Origin: Eledone cirrhosa
Lineage: Eukaryota
Reading direction: 5' to 3'
Assembly (NCBI GenBank): GCA_964016885.1
Contig: OZ024746.1
Coordinates: 36,332,001-36,396,000, forward strand
Length of the DNA: 64,000 nt
The notes beneath the pieces were generated by a model, which saw only the letters and a program-made list of their open reading frames with translations, ran no database searches and had not been told where the DNA came from. Shown here piece by piece: positions 24,160-35,600 of this stretch (positions within the stretch are counted from its first letter, which is position 1; each line of letters begins with the position of its first letter). A program made the translations under genes and the position numbers.

Positions 24160-26915
24160 AACGGAACAACAAAAGGCACGGACATAGGCAAACATGTAAA
24201 GTGTAACAGCAGTGAAAAAAAAAAGAAAGATTCAGCAACAAAAGTAAAAATTAATAGTATATATGGACGCTTGACGTTTTACTCCAAAATTCCAGGGGAA
24301 ACCAGACAACAATCCTACGCACCACTGAAGGGAGGTAAACTTATTCTGGTGGCAAAATATTGTGGCTAGAGATTGGTAAACTTCAGAATGACACAAGCGT
24401 CACCCATAATAATTATTTATTGGCTAGTGTCAGCTGCGCTAGTGGGTATTGTTGGGATCACCCATATTTTAGATGTGAGAACAATGAAGGTGAAGAAGTG
24501 GTCAAGATGTGTGGGGAAAAATCTGCATCCACGCAAATCAAGGAATATTGAGGACATCCCCGACAAACTACACTGTGGATGGTAACGAGCCAGGTAACAC
24601 AAAGACACGTAATGGATATTTGCCTAAGAAGGAATCCCGGCCACATCTCCTTCCTAAGCTAATTATCATACTGGCAATAAAACAAACCTCAACGTCCAAA
24701 ATATGAACACAAAACTCAACACCATTGGCAACAACAGATATAGAAACTGTAGCAGAAGCTACACGTGCTAAAATATTGCAATCGGAAGACATGATGTTCC
24801 TCGTCTTTGCACTTTTCGAACATGGAATGCAGCCAAGTGGAGGCGTGGCACATTGTCAATAAAGAAAAATGTCAGAATACAAGATTTCTCCTCAATAAAG
24901 ATAAATAACGCATCAGAAACATTGGACACACAAAACCAACACCAAGCTTCTCATTACCGACCTATCGACCAACACCAAATTCAACACTAGCTCTCTAAAT
25001 TCCTGAACCACCATAGACAACACTGCATAAAATAAAGACAAGAAAAGCAAAATCCCTAACGCGAAAATATTCTTATCTACACCAAAAAGAAGAACGACAA
25101 CATACACCAATTCAACAAACACAAACAGCACAAATTCCACAGCTACCAATGCAAACAATCAGAAACTAATGTACCATTAAATATACAACACTGCAATAAG
25201 GGAAACTGGTTGGTTTCATCATTCTTAAAATGAATAGACAGCCCACACATAATACATATCACACATGAATCACACAGTAAAATGAAAGCACGTTCCCTAA
25301 TGAATTTGAGGTCTTCCGCGCCTCATTATCCAAATAGATATACTCCGACATCCATGTGGCGTTGCCATCAACTGTCCGTGAAGAAGGATCATCATTCCTT
25401 CTTCCACATAAACATTTCACTTTCCGATCTCATTATCTAACAAGGCCTCACTCACGATGAGATGTATAAATGTACATACTCTGGTGCCGTATTGGAAGCC
25501 GGCTCGCTTGCTCAAATTTCTAAGGTCAATAAGCATGACATCCATTAATGTCCTCAGGTGCTGAATAGACAGACAGCCTTAGTTACCCATAGTCTGGTTT
25601 TATCCATATCCCGGGGTCAATAACAACTGGGAGGAGATGACATGCATATTAATTGCGCTTACAGATAAATGGATGCACGGGTAGATATCTCTGAATAGAA
25701 GGATATAAGTAAATACGTGTAAATCAACACCACCATACATTAATACTTGGGCATCGAACAGTTCTCCATACTTTGTCTCATACTATTGCAGCGCCTATAC
25801 ACCTTGCAGAAAAGACTCGTTTGTAAAATAAAGTGGTCGATGTGTTTGCAACCATCTGCCCACAGACGGCTCAGTATATCATCACTATTGATGCACAGAT
25901 TTGCACTGAGGCTACGGCATGTGCAACATTCATGTGTGGTAAACACTATTAACCGCCCTATTCAGCTGCATCATTCTACAGTTCAGGTCTTTTATTTAGC
26001 TGTACTAAAATGTAGATTGAAAATCGAATCAACACGCCAGCCATCTGGTAAATTGTCAGCCGGTCATATCTGGAACATATCGGACGCTAGAGCTTTCACG
26101 GTAGTGACCTAAAGAGACTGTTCATGGGAGAAATTCTCGCTGTTGAGCAAAATGAACTAACAGCACTTTTAAGGGAAACGTTCGTCCAGGAAGCTAAAAA
26201 GAATATCCTGAAATGTCCGGGCTTGCAGTTCTAACTGGAAACACTGCCGGTACAGGAGAATATCAACCTTGACCTCTATAGTGTCAGACTACTCTGATAT
26301 AGGAGAACAATAATGAAGCTCTACTGCAAGCATTTATCTTCTGTGTACGCACGACTGACGAATGGAATTTGCTGACCAACTATTGTCACATCCAGGACAA
26401 ATGTTGTGTGTCAGCTGTCTCTATCTTGATCATCACCCCGCCATTGACGTTTGACAGATGACGGCAGGCACGTGGGCTACTTATGTTTTCCACAAAATAT
26501 TCTAGGTGTTATACGCGGCAGAAAGGACTGATAAATGTCTCACTTCTCTCCGGTGAAACATTATCGAAAATTTCTATCTGATAAAGTAGGTTATAGAGGA
26601 GTTAAACTACTACCGGCTCTTGCTTCAAGCTAATAAAATGTAGCATGAATGAAAGATGTGAATGGATCCACCCTGATCATTCGGCCGAAGTCTGCAATAG
26701 GTAGAGGGAAAATGTGGGTTTCCTTAAGTATTGTTCGGGAATACGGTTCCTGAATTTCTTTAGGTGTTGCTCCCCTAAACTGGAGTACCGCCCATCTCAA
26801 AATATAGACGGTTGCTATATTCTCTTTCCTTATGCGTATATTTCTAAATCACCGCTGTCCCGATTTATTGTTTCTCGTCATATATTCTGTCTCTTTGCCA
26901 ATAAAACATTATTAT
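24160..26915 (+). mobile_element. Old, degraded L1/Tx1-like LINE related to the element at 28267
   Basis: ORF1 remnants YGRL..Y....GETRQQSYAPLK and WLVSAAL...IEDIPD match the ORF1 at 29130-29450. 26210-26260 resembles the KSLAWQCYR.ALPVRD coding region at 33095-33145. Ends in AATAAA + (ATT)n. Confidence 0.55.
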
Positions 26916-26992
26916 TGCTTGTGTTTTTCCTCTTCTTTCGTTTTGTTTCCATTTATACCGAGTGTTTTCCCATATTATTAATATTATTTGTA

Positions 26993-28245
26993 TTCTTTGA
27001 GTCTCAGTCATTTAACTGGAAAGTTTGTTGAAATGAATATCAAGCCGCTACCTGCAGCTTCAGAAGTGTTCCAAAAAGCGAGGCTGGACTAATCTTCTTT
27101 AACCATCCTGGGAAACTCTTTGAGATAGTACCTAGAGCGCCTATGACAATCGGGACGACCTTGACTTCATGACAGTTCCAAATCCTTTTTACCTCTCACT
27201 TTAAGTCCTGGTATCGGTTAATTTTCTCCCTCTCCTCTTCTTGCACTCTCGTGTCAAATGGGCAGGCTACATCTACAATCAGTCACGATCTTTTTTCCTT
27301 GTTCAAAACCACCTATTGTGTTCTAATTTTTTGTCCGTCTGTATCCTAAAATCCCATAGCACCTTCACCTGATCGTTTTCTATCACCGACTCTGGCTTAT
27401 GGTCATACCACTTCTCAGAAAGTGGTAAATTGTTTACTTTGCATAGGTGCCAGTGGATCACCCTGCCCATCGCCTCATGTCTCCAGCCTTTATAGTGAGT
27501 CTGGGCTAGGTGTTTACACTCCGATACAATGTGAGCCACAGTCTCCTCTCTCTCTCCACAAATGATACGCAATGGGCTAGCCTCCTCCTTGTAAATATGG
27601 TGTTTCACCCACTTCGTTCTGAGGGTCTGCTCTTGCATAATCATTTCTTCTGTAACCTCTTTCAGGTCTCCTCTTTTTAACCAGTTCCATGTCTGTGGAT
27701 CTCTAAATTCAGTTTTCTCAAAAAATGTACTATGAAGGGATTTTTCATGAAGGTTGCTCTTCCTCCTTGTTGTTATTTCCTCCTTGGACATCCCCGGGTG
27801 TATTGTCTTCTCCTTCAGTACAATTTTGAGCATTGGCTCCCTACTGTCAGTCACGTATTTGTGCAGGTTGTTTTTTCTCCATCTGAACACAGTCCTCTAT
27901 ACTGATAAGACCTCTTCCAACTTCAGATCTCTTTAAGTAGAGTTTATCGACATCACTCCTCTTGTGGAACATGTTGTAGATAGTCAATAGCTTCCTAGTA
28001 TTCCTATCCATTTATTTTTGTTCAGCAACATTCCATTTCAGAATTCCTGCATTGTACCTAATAATAGACACAGCTCGGGAATGTACTGCACTTATGACAT
28101 TCCTACTATTTAGATGTGATTTTAATATGCTCCTTACTCTCCTAATGTACTCAGATCTTATCAATTCCTTCATTTTTTTTGTTCTTGATATCATCTGCCT
28201 CCAGAACACCTAAATATTTGTATCCTTCTTCAGTGTCAATTTCCT
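26993..28245 (-). mobile_element. R4/Dong-type RLE LINE, 5'-truncated degraded copy 1
   Basis: ORFs 27303-27890 and 28012-28209 are highly similar to the C-terminal half of 35678-38143. Shared 3' UTR. (TTA)n at both ends. Confidence 0.9.
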
Positions 28246-28794
28246 TTTATTATTATTATTATTATTGGTTATCATTACAAAACGGCGGTAACTACGGCAG
28301 AGTAAGTTGGTTGAATATTTTATGAGTTAGCGAAAGTTCTAATAATATATCTTTACATCGGTGTGTAGTTAAAGAACCCCTCTATCAAAGGAGGTGGTTG
28401 TTTTAACTGTATCTCGCGCCCTTGAGGGCTAAATTTGCTTTTATTTACAATCATAACCCCAACATTATTTTTTTTAAATGGCGGCCAAAGAAAATTGTCC
28501 ACAGGGAGGAACAGCGAGTTGTTCAGAGGGTGCAACAGCCAGTTCCACCCAATCACAAGGCAAAGTAAAAAAACAAGAGAAATAGCAGCAGCAGCGACAG
28601 TGACATTGATAATGATATCAGCAACAGCTGTCACTGGAACTGTAGTAGCAGTAGTGAACATTATAACGAAAGATTTCCTGCGTTAGAGAAATCAAACACC
28701 ACTACCATCCCAATAACAACAATAACAACAACAACAACAACAAGCACAAATAACCCAAAGAACAACAACTATAACAGCAGCAAGACAGAGGAAA

Positions 28795-29853
28795 ATGAAA
28801 CCAACAAAAACAGCGGCGACGGCAACAAAGACAAAACTTGTGTCGTTTCAACACAAATTAAAACAAACATCTTTCGCGAAAGCGACCAACAAGTTTAAGC
28901 AAATAAACATCACTAACGAAGAGATAAAACAAGCAAAGCTCTTGGTAAAAAAAACCGGACACAGAGTATGTCTCACCCGCCCAGCTGAGATAATAATAAA
29001 CAAAATGTTGTGTTCGGTGAGTTATCGCACGATCGGAACAAAATCCAGGCGAGTTGAACGGGCAACGGAGTCACAAATCCAAAGAGCTATGGGTGCCCTC
29101 TGTGCACAGAAAACATATATAGCCCGGGTATCGAGATATGGCACTGTGGATGTGTTCTTCGCTACACCACAGGAAGCCAGAGGACACTCCATTGCACCAC
29201 TCCGCAGCGACGAAATCACAATGATGCCCACATATTGAGGCCAGAGAGTCGTGAGGGTTCGTGTAGGCCAGTTTCTACCCTCAGTGGAGATGGCGTGGTT
29301 GACGGCAGCCGTCCTCGCTGACGTTGAAGATTCAACAACCATATTCAACGTCATATGAATAAAACAGGAAAATTGGACAGGGTCGGGGATGGAGCTAATC
29401 ATCCAAGCAAACCACGAAAGCGTTGAGGACATCCCCGATGTAATAGAGCTGGACGACGGCAGCCATCTACCCGGAACTGTCGAAGGTAGGCGCCGAAGGT
29501 GTCATAGATGCGGTGACAAGACGCACCTTAAGGCATTCTGTCCAAAAATTACCAAAACAGGCACGCGCCCAACTCTTCTCCCCACGCCGTGCCCCGCAAC
29601 TGGAGTAGACAAATAAACAAAGAACACAGTGGCAGAAGAGAAATCACCATCCCCAACAACAAAAACACCATCTCTTCCACCACCCACAAAACCAATGGAA
29701 AGCATACCCCTTCCTGATATAGTCAAATCGGACAAGGAGTACGATGAGGCCGAAGTGTGGAGAACTATTCAAACAAAAAAAAGGAAGAACTCCCCCCACC
29801 CCCAAACACAAATAAAAAAAGAGGAAGAAAGAACCTTAAAAAAAAGAAAATGA
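28795..29853 (+). pseudogene. LINE ORF1 (gag-like) with zinc knuckle, in-frame stops
   Basis: Same-frame ORFs 28795-29238, 29389-29616 and 29629-29853. Contains CHRCGDKTHLKAFC. Confidence 0.8.
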
Positions 29854-30390
29854 AAACTACCCCAGCCCCTCCACAACCACCAGCATCCACAACCCACACC
29901 ACCTACACCATCACCACCACCACTACCAATACCACAACCACCACCGCCGCCACCACCACCACCACCTCCACCCTTACCATCTATCCCATCGTCACCTCCA
30001 ACAACACGACAGCAAACACAGAAAACACCAACACCCAAACAGCAGACGCAATACACAGCCATAGACACAGACAACACAAAGCTTTTAATTACATTCAACA
30101 CCACACCAACATCACAGAAACAAACTACGGACAAACCACCAAAACTGCACCCCCCCACACACATAAAAATAATAGAAATTACACAAACAAATTACATAAC
30201 CTTAAAAAATGTTCCTCACATAAATTGGAGACCACCGAGGGACATCACCAAAAGAATATTCACGGATATTCTCGTGGAGAAAGCCACCAATGGTCGGAGG
30301 GATGGATCACCCACCTCCTTCCAAAAGAAGAGCCACAGGTAATTGTGTGTACCTCTCCCCTCTCACTCGTTTTCTCCTATCCTGGCCAAC

Positions 30391-33300
30391 ATGGCTAGTC
30401 TAAGAATAGGTAGCATAAATGTACGTGGCCTGAGTCGTCTTGGAAGCAGGGGCACCTGCTGAACGATCTCAGGTCACTAAACATAGATGTGGTGGCCATC
30501 AGTGAGACCAGAATCTCCGAGGCACGGGCCTTCGCACCGATCTTCGGCGGCTACGATGTGTACGCATCTCCCAGCCGCCCTGAATCGGGGGGAGGAGTTG
30601 CTGTGCTTTTTCGGAGAGGTTTGGATCTCGCCATACGGTCCATCTTCCTGGACCCAGAAGGTAAGTTGGTTAAGATAGGGGAGGAGGGTGCAAGAGCCTC
30701 ACCAACATGCTCAGACGTTTTGAACTGTCTGTCACGTACTGATTGGACTTCCCGAATGTGCCAATATGGACTTGGACAAACCGCATAGGGTCATCCAGAT
30801 CATATCTAGATAGAGTATTTGGTAGGGAAATAGATAGGTCTAGCATAGTCTGTCCAAAATTCAAGATAGTCAGGTACATGCACCACAAATTCCTGATCGG
30901 TGTGGTTGACTTAGATAGGCTTCATATACAAGGACCCGGCTACTGGAAGGTAAACGCGTCATTACCAGCGCGCAAGGCCTACAGAGACCGTATTAGCGAA
31001 CTAGTTAAGCGGGCGTTGACGGGGCCACCGTCACCAACAATGGTGGTTTGCTCTGAAAGGAGCGATTAGAACAGAGCCCATTAGGTTTAGTAACGCTTTA
31101 GAAATAGAGAAAAATAGAGCAGAGGGAGAACTAGTTAGAAAATTAGACGAGGCGCTTAGCAAAGGCATCGCGACCGACGTGCTTGCGGCGAAATTGGCCC
31201 TTGAACAATTCTTCAATGCAAAGCACGAAGGCTGCGTTGTCAGAGTTAAGGTGCATGCTCTCAGACACGAGGAGACGAAAGCCGTTCAATTGACCCGAGT
31301 GGCGGGGGTGCGTCGTGGCAATAAAGCCTCGATCCGGTCTTTGATTGACCACGACGCGCGCATGCTACTCGATCCCGGGCAAATGTGTGAAGCTTTTCAG
31401 CGACACTTCGCTCAGCTGTTCGGAGGCAACGGCAGGCCGGATCGAGGGATGGACTTTAGTGTCTACCTCGACGGGCTGCCGCGGCTCTCGACCACTGAGG
31501 CGGAGTGTTGCGAAAAGCCGATAACAGCAGCTGAAGTACCGGGGCTATGACTGGCTGCACAAGGCGTAAAACGCCTGGTTTGGCTGTCTGCCCTATGAAC
31601 TTTACGTACAGATGCCAGACTTGTTCGGAGGCCTCTTGGCGGACGTCTACAGCAACTGGCAACAGAACGGGAGGATTCCCAGCTCTGTGAGCCGAGGAGC
31701 TGTGGAGCTGCTGAGAAAAGATCCGAACAAGGGGGATAACATAGATAATTCCAGGCCCATAACTCTGCTGAAGAAAGAGTTCAAGATTTTGGCCAAGGTG
31801 CTAGCAAAGAGGTTGGTGCTTCTCGTTGGTGGTCTGGTGGGAGAGGCGCAGACATGCGCCATTCCCGACAGATCCATCCACGACAACCTCCACCTCATGC
31901 GATACATCGTAGAGAGATAGGGAACCTTGCACGGGTGGGTCCTTGATCAATTTAGATCAGTTGAAAGCTTTCGATAGGGTCGACCATCGTTACATAGCGG
32001 CAGTCCTGAGGGCGGCTGGCTTTGGGCCCTTCTTCAGAGGCTGGATCGCTGCCATGCACAACGACATCTGCTCTGTGGTGAGAGCGAACGGCCACCTTTC
32101 GGAACCGTTCAACATCATTCGCTCGGTCCACCATTGATGTCGCATCTCGTCCCTCTTGTACGTATCGACTCTCGAGACATTACTGCACAGACTGGAGGCG
32201 TTGACGGGGATCCCGTGCAAACTAGGATGCGGAAGATCCGTGTCAGCATATGCGGACGATGTCACCGTAGTGGTGTCGAACGCCAAACACATCGTGGTGA
32301 TCGGCACTGCACTAAGAGAATACGAAGCGGTGACAGGAGCAATGATCAACCAGGAAAAGTCAGTGGGTCTACAGCTCGGCACCTGGAGAGGCACGTCCAT
32401 GCCGTCCAACAGCGTCGTCGGGCGCTGTTCGAACGGACTGGTTAAATTGCTAGGGGTCTGGTTCGGTCCGTACCTCCAGACGGACAAAAACTGGGACGAG
32501 GTGACGAGCCCAGAAATGGGCGGAGAGGGAGCTATCCCTGAAAGGTTGAGTGGAGGTTGCTAATGCGTAGATCGCGTCCCTCATCTACTACCGCCTGACC
32601 GTCGTACCTTGTCCTAAGCCCCGCCTGACTGCGCTGGAGCGTTTGTTCTTTCGTTTGTTGGGGAAAGGACACGCTCCGATTGTCAGGCTTTCCATCTGCT
32701 GTCAGCACCCGCCACGTGGAGGTCTGGGCCTGCCGTGGATGATGATGCGCAGACACGCGCTTAGGCTACGGCATCTCCACTTCTTCCTCGACGGTGATTA
32801 GGTTTGGTCGCCGTTTGCTAGACACGTCTTTCCCCAGCTCGTCTCCTTGACGGTGCTGCAGTCCTGGGTCAAGCAAAGACCGAGACGGTGCGCTTGGAGA
32901 CTGGAATGTCTTCAGGCGCTCACGGCCCTCGACCAATCGGGCAATGTGATCGGTAGAAACTCCACCTTGGCGTTCTATAGAGGATTAGTGGAGGGGAAGA
33001 GCGACGACGTACTTGGGGAAACTAGGCGTCGAGGAAAATCAACTAGCCAATCTCTTCGGAAGAACTTTCGGGCCGGGGCTTATGGAGAACTTCCAGAAAT
33101 CCCTGGCCTGGCAGTGCTACCGAAGAGCTTTGCCAGTTCGGGATAAACCCTACAGGCATTGAGATGCCGTCAGCCGGGAATGTCCGAGATGCGCGCAGGG
33201 CGCCGAAACCGTCCTGCACGCACTCGTCCAGTGTCCGAGCATTGTGGGTTTATGTCCTAACACCTGCTGTCGCGTGTAGGACGGATCCAGCTATCAGCTG

Positions 33301-33590
33301 AGTACATCGTGAGGATTGCTCCGCTCTCTTCTTTTAGCCGGGAAGAGCAGGCAGTTTTTATCTGTCTGGTGGCCATGGCGAAAGAGATAGTATGGTGGAC
33401 ACGTTTGAAAGGGCTGAAGACGAGCACTTACCTCTTCGGTGATGCTGTGAGTAACCTTTTCAAATTTCATTTCAAAAGGAAAATCAGGGTAGAGAGGGAA
33501 GTGCTCTCTTCCCAGCATTTTGTTGAAAGATGGGTGAGAGAGGCAAGAATGGCCCGAGTGAATGGGCTTACTCTGAGTATGTGTCTGTAA
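30391..33590 (+). pseudogene. LINE ORF2 (APE endonuclease + reverse transcriptase), frameshifted
   Basis: MASLRIGSINVRGL, VVAISET, SYLDRVF, GPGYWKVN, RPITLL...KILAKVLA.RL, DQLKAFDRVDH, AYADD, VKLLGVWF, CPRC....ETVLHALVQCP. Confidence 0.9.
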
Positions 33591-33873
33591 ATTAAAGGTG
33601 GAAAACTGGAGAGGGCACTTGCCTTTGTGGTCAGGATCACTGTGGCTTTTTAATGGGCTTTCTTTCACGTATGTCCCTCGGAGTGTCTCCCCCGATGTGG
33701 GGAATGTGTCATTGTTATTTTTTGAACATCCTATGTTTTTGTTTTTTTAGACGCAGAAATGCCCATGTGTACCGTCCTGTATTGTCCTGTACTGTCTTAA
33801 TGTCTACTTTATGTAAACCCTTGTGGTTAATAAAGAAAGTATTATTATAATGATAATTATTATTATTATTGTT

Positions 33874-34960
33874 ATTCTCTGAGTCTCAGTCATTGATGTC
33901 AGTTAACTGGAAAGTTTGTTGAAATAAATATCAAGCCACTACCTGCATCCTCAGATATTCAGGACGTATCGGAGAGTTCTTGCTGTTCCCAGCAAGCATG
34001 CCTTTTGAAGCATTGCAAAAAGCGTGAATGGGCCAATTTTCTTTAACCAACCCTGGAAACATTTTGAGATAGTACATAATGCGCCTATGACAATCGGGAC
34101 AACTTTGACTTCATGGCAGTTCCAAATCCTTTTTACCTCCCACTTTAAGTCCTAGTATCGGTTAATTTTCTCCGTCTCCTTTTCTTGCACTCTCGTGTCG
34201 AATGGGCAGGCCACAACCACAATCAGGCACGATCTTTTTCCTTGTCCACTACCACGAGGTCAGGTCTATTGTGTTGCAGTTTCTTGTCCGTCTGTATCCT
34301 AAAATACCACAGCACCTTCACCTGATCGTTTTCTATCACCAACTCTGTCTTATGCTCATACCACTTCTCAGAATGTGGTAAATTGTTTACTTTGCATAGG
34401 TGCCAGTGGATCACCCTTCCCATCACATCATGTCTCAAGCCCTTATAGTGAGTCTGGACTAGGTATTTACACTCGGATACAATGTGATCCACAGTCTCCT
34501 CTCTCTCTCCACAGATCCTGCACAGTGGGCTAGCCTCCTCCTTGTAAATATGGTGTTTCAACCACTTTGTTTTGAGGGCCTGCTCTAGCGCAGTCATTAA
34601 CATTCCTTCTGTAGCCTTGTTAAGGTCTCCTCTTTTCAACCAGTTCCATGTCTGTGGATCTCTGAATTCAGTTTTCTCAACGAAGGTACTATGAAGGGAT
34701 TTTTCCTGAAGGCTGCTCTTTCTCCTTGTTGTTATTTCCTCCTTGGACATCCCCTGGTCTATTGTCCTCTCCTTCAGTACAGTTCTGAGCATTGGCTCCT
34801 TACTATCAGTCACGTATTTGTGTAGGTTATTTTTCTCCCTCTGAACTCAGTCCTCTATGCTGATAAGACTCTTGTCCGTCTGTATCCTAAAATACCACAG
34901 CACCTTCACCTGATCGTTTTCTATCACCGACTCTGGCTTATGCGCATACCACTTCTCAGA
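33874..34960 (-). mobile_element. R4/Dong-type LINE copy 2 (3' part) with internal ~90-bp duplication
   Basis: ORF 34223-34813 has CRICGEREETVDHIVSEC and NRPDLVVVD. 34870-34960 duplicates 34283-34372. Confidence 0.9.
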
Positions 34961-35455
34961 AATGAGAAATGACATTATAAAGCTTGAGTTTCTACTGAAT
35001 GGGACACTAAAAAACATAGACACTAAAAATAGACTGGAAATAAAGTACAAAACTAGGAAGAAAAAGCTAAATATTATCATAGAGGAACTGAATCAACGCA
35101 TTGTAGCAAAGAGTGCAAAGATTAGGCGATACCAGAGCAGAGTCAGCCAGTATAGACAGAACCGCATGTTTGACAACAGCCAGAAGATGCTGTTTGGACA
35201 GCTTGAAGGAAAAGAAAGAAGCAACGACTTGATCCCTGAGGCGGAACAAACTAAAACAATATGGAGAGGAATATGGGAGCAGGATGTTAAACATAATGAC
35301 CAGGCAGTGTGGATTGAGACAGTACAGGCACACCAACAAACTGATTTGAGTATCACAGTTGAAACTCTTAAGGGGCAGGCCAAAAAACTAACCAACTGGA
35401 AATCACCAGGCCCAGATGGTGTGCAGGGGTATTGGATTAAAAATATAGCATCCCT
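34961..35455 (+). mobile_element. Inverted R4/Dong fragment (pre-RT region)
   Basis: ORF 34962-35507 matches residues around KSPGPDGVQGYWIK of the minus-strand element at 37770-38270. Confidence 0.9.
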
Positions 35456-35461
35456 CCCCAT

Positions 35462-35540
35462 CCGTCATGTATGGTCCTGTACTGTCCGCAATGTCTACTT
35501 TATGTAAACCCTTGTGGTTAATAAAGAAAGTATTATTATA
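35462..35540 (+). mobile_element. Short 3'-tail fragment of the L1/Tx1-like element
   Basis: AATGTCTACTTTATGTAAACCCTTGTGGTTAATAAAGAAAGTATTATTAT is identical to 33799-33848. Confidence 0.9.
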
Positions 35541-35558
35541 ATAATAATAATAATAATA

Positions 35559-35591
<33 letters not shown>

Positions 35592-35600
35592 GTTATTGTT
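35531..35600. repeat. (TAA)n/(TTA)n microsatellite at a tail-to-tail LINE junction
   Basis: Directly visible. Confidence 0.95.

Larger units (their letters stand above)
28267..33845 (+). mobile_element. L1/Tx1-clade LINE, near full length but disrupted
   Basis: ORF1 with CCHC knuckle, ORF2 with APE, RT and a C-terminal Cys motif, 3' AATAAA + (ATT)n. 5' flank is (ATT)n. The 5' boundary is approximate. Confidence 0.85.
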
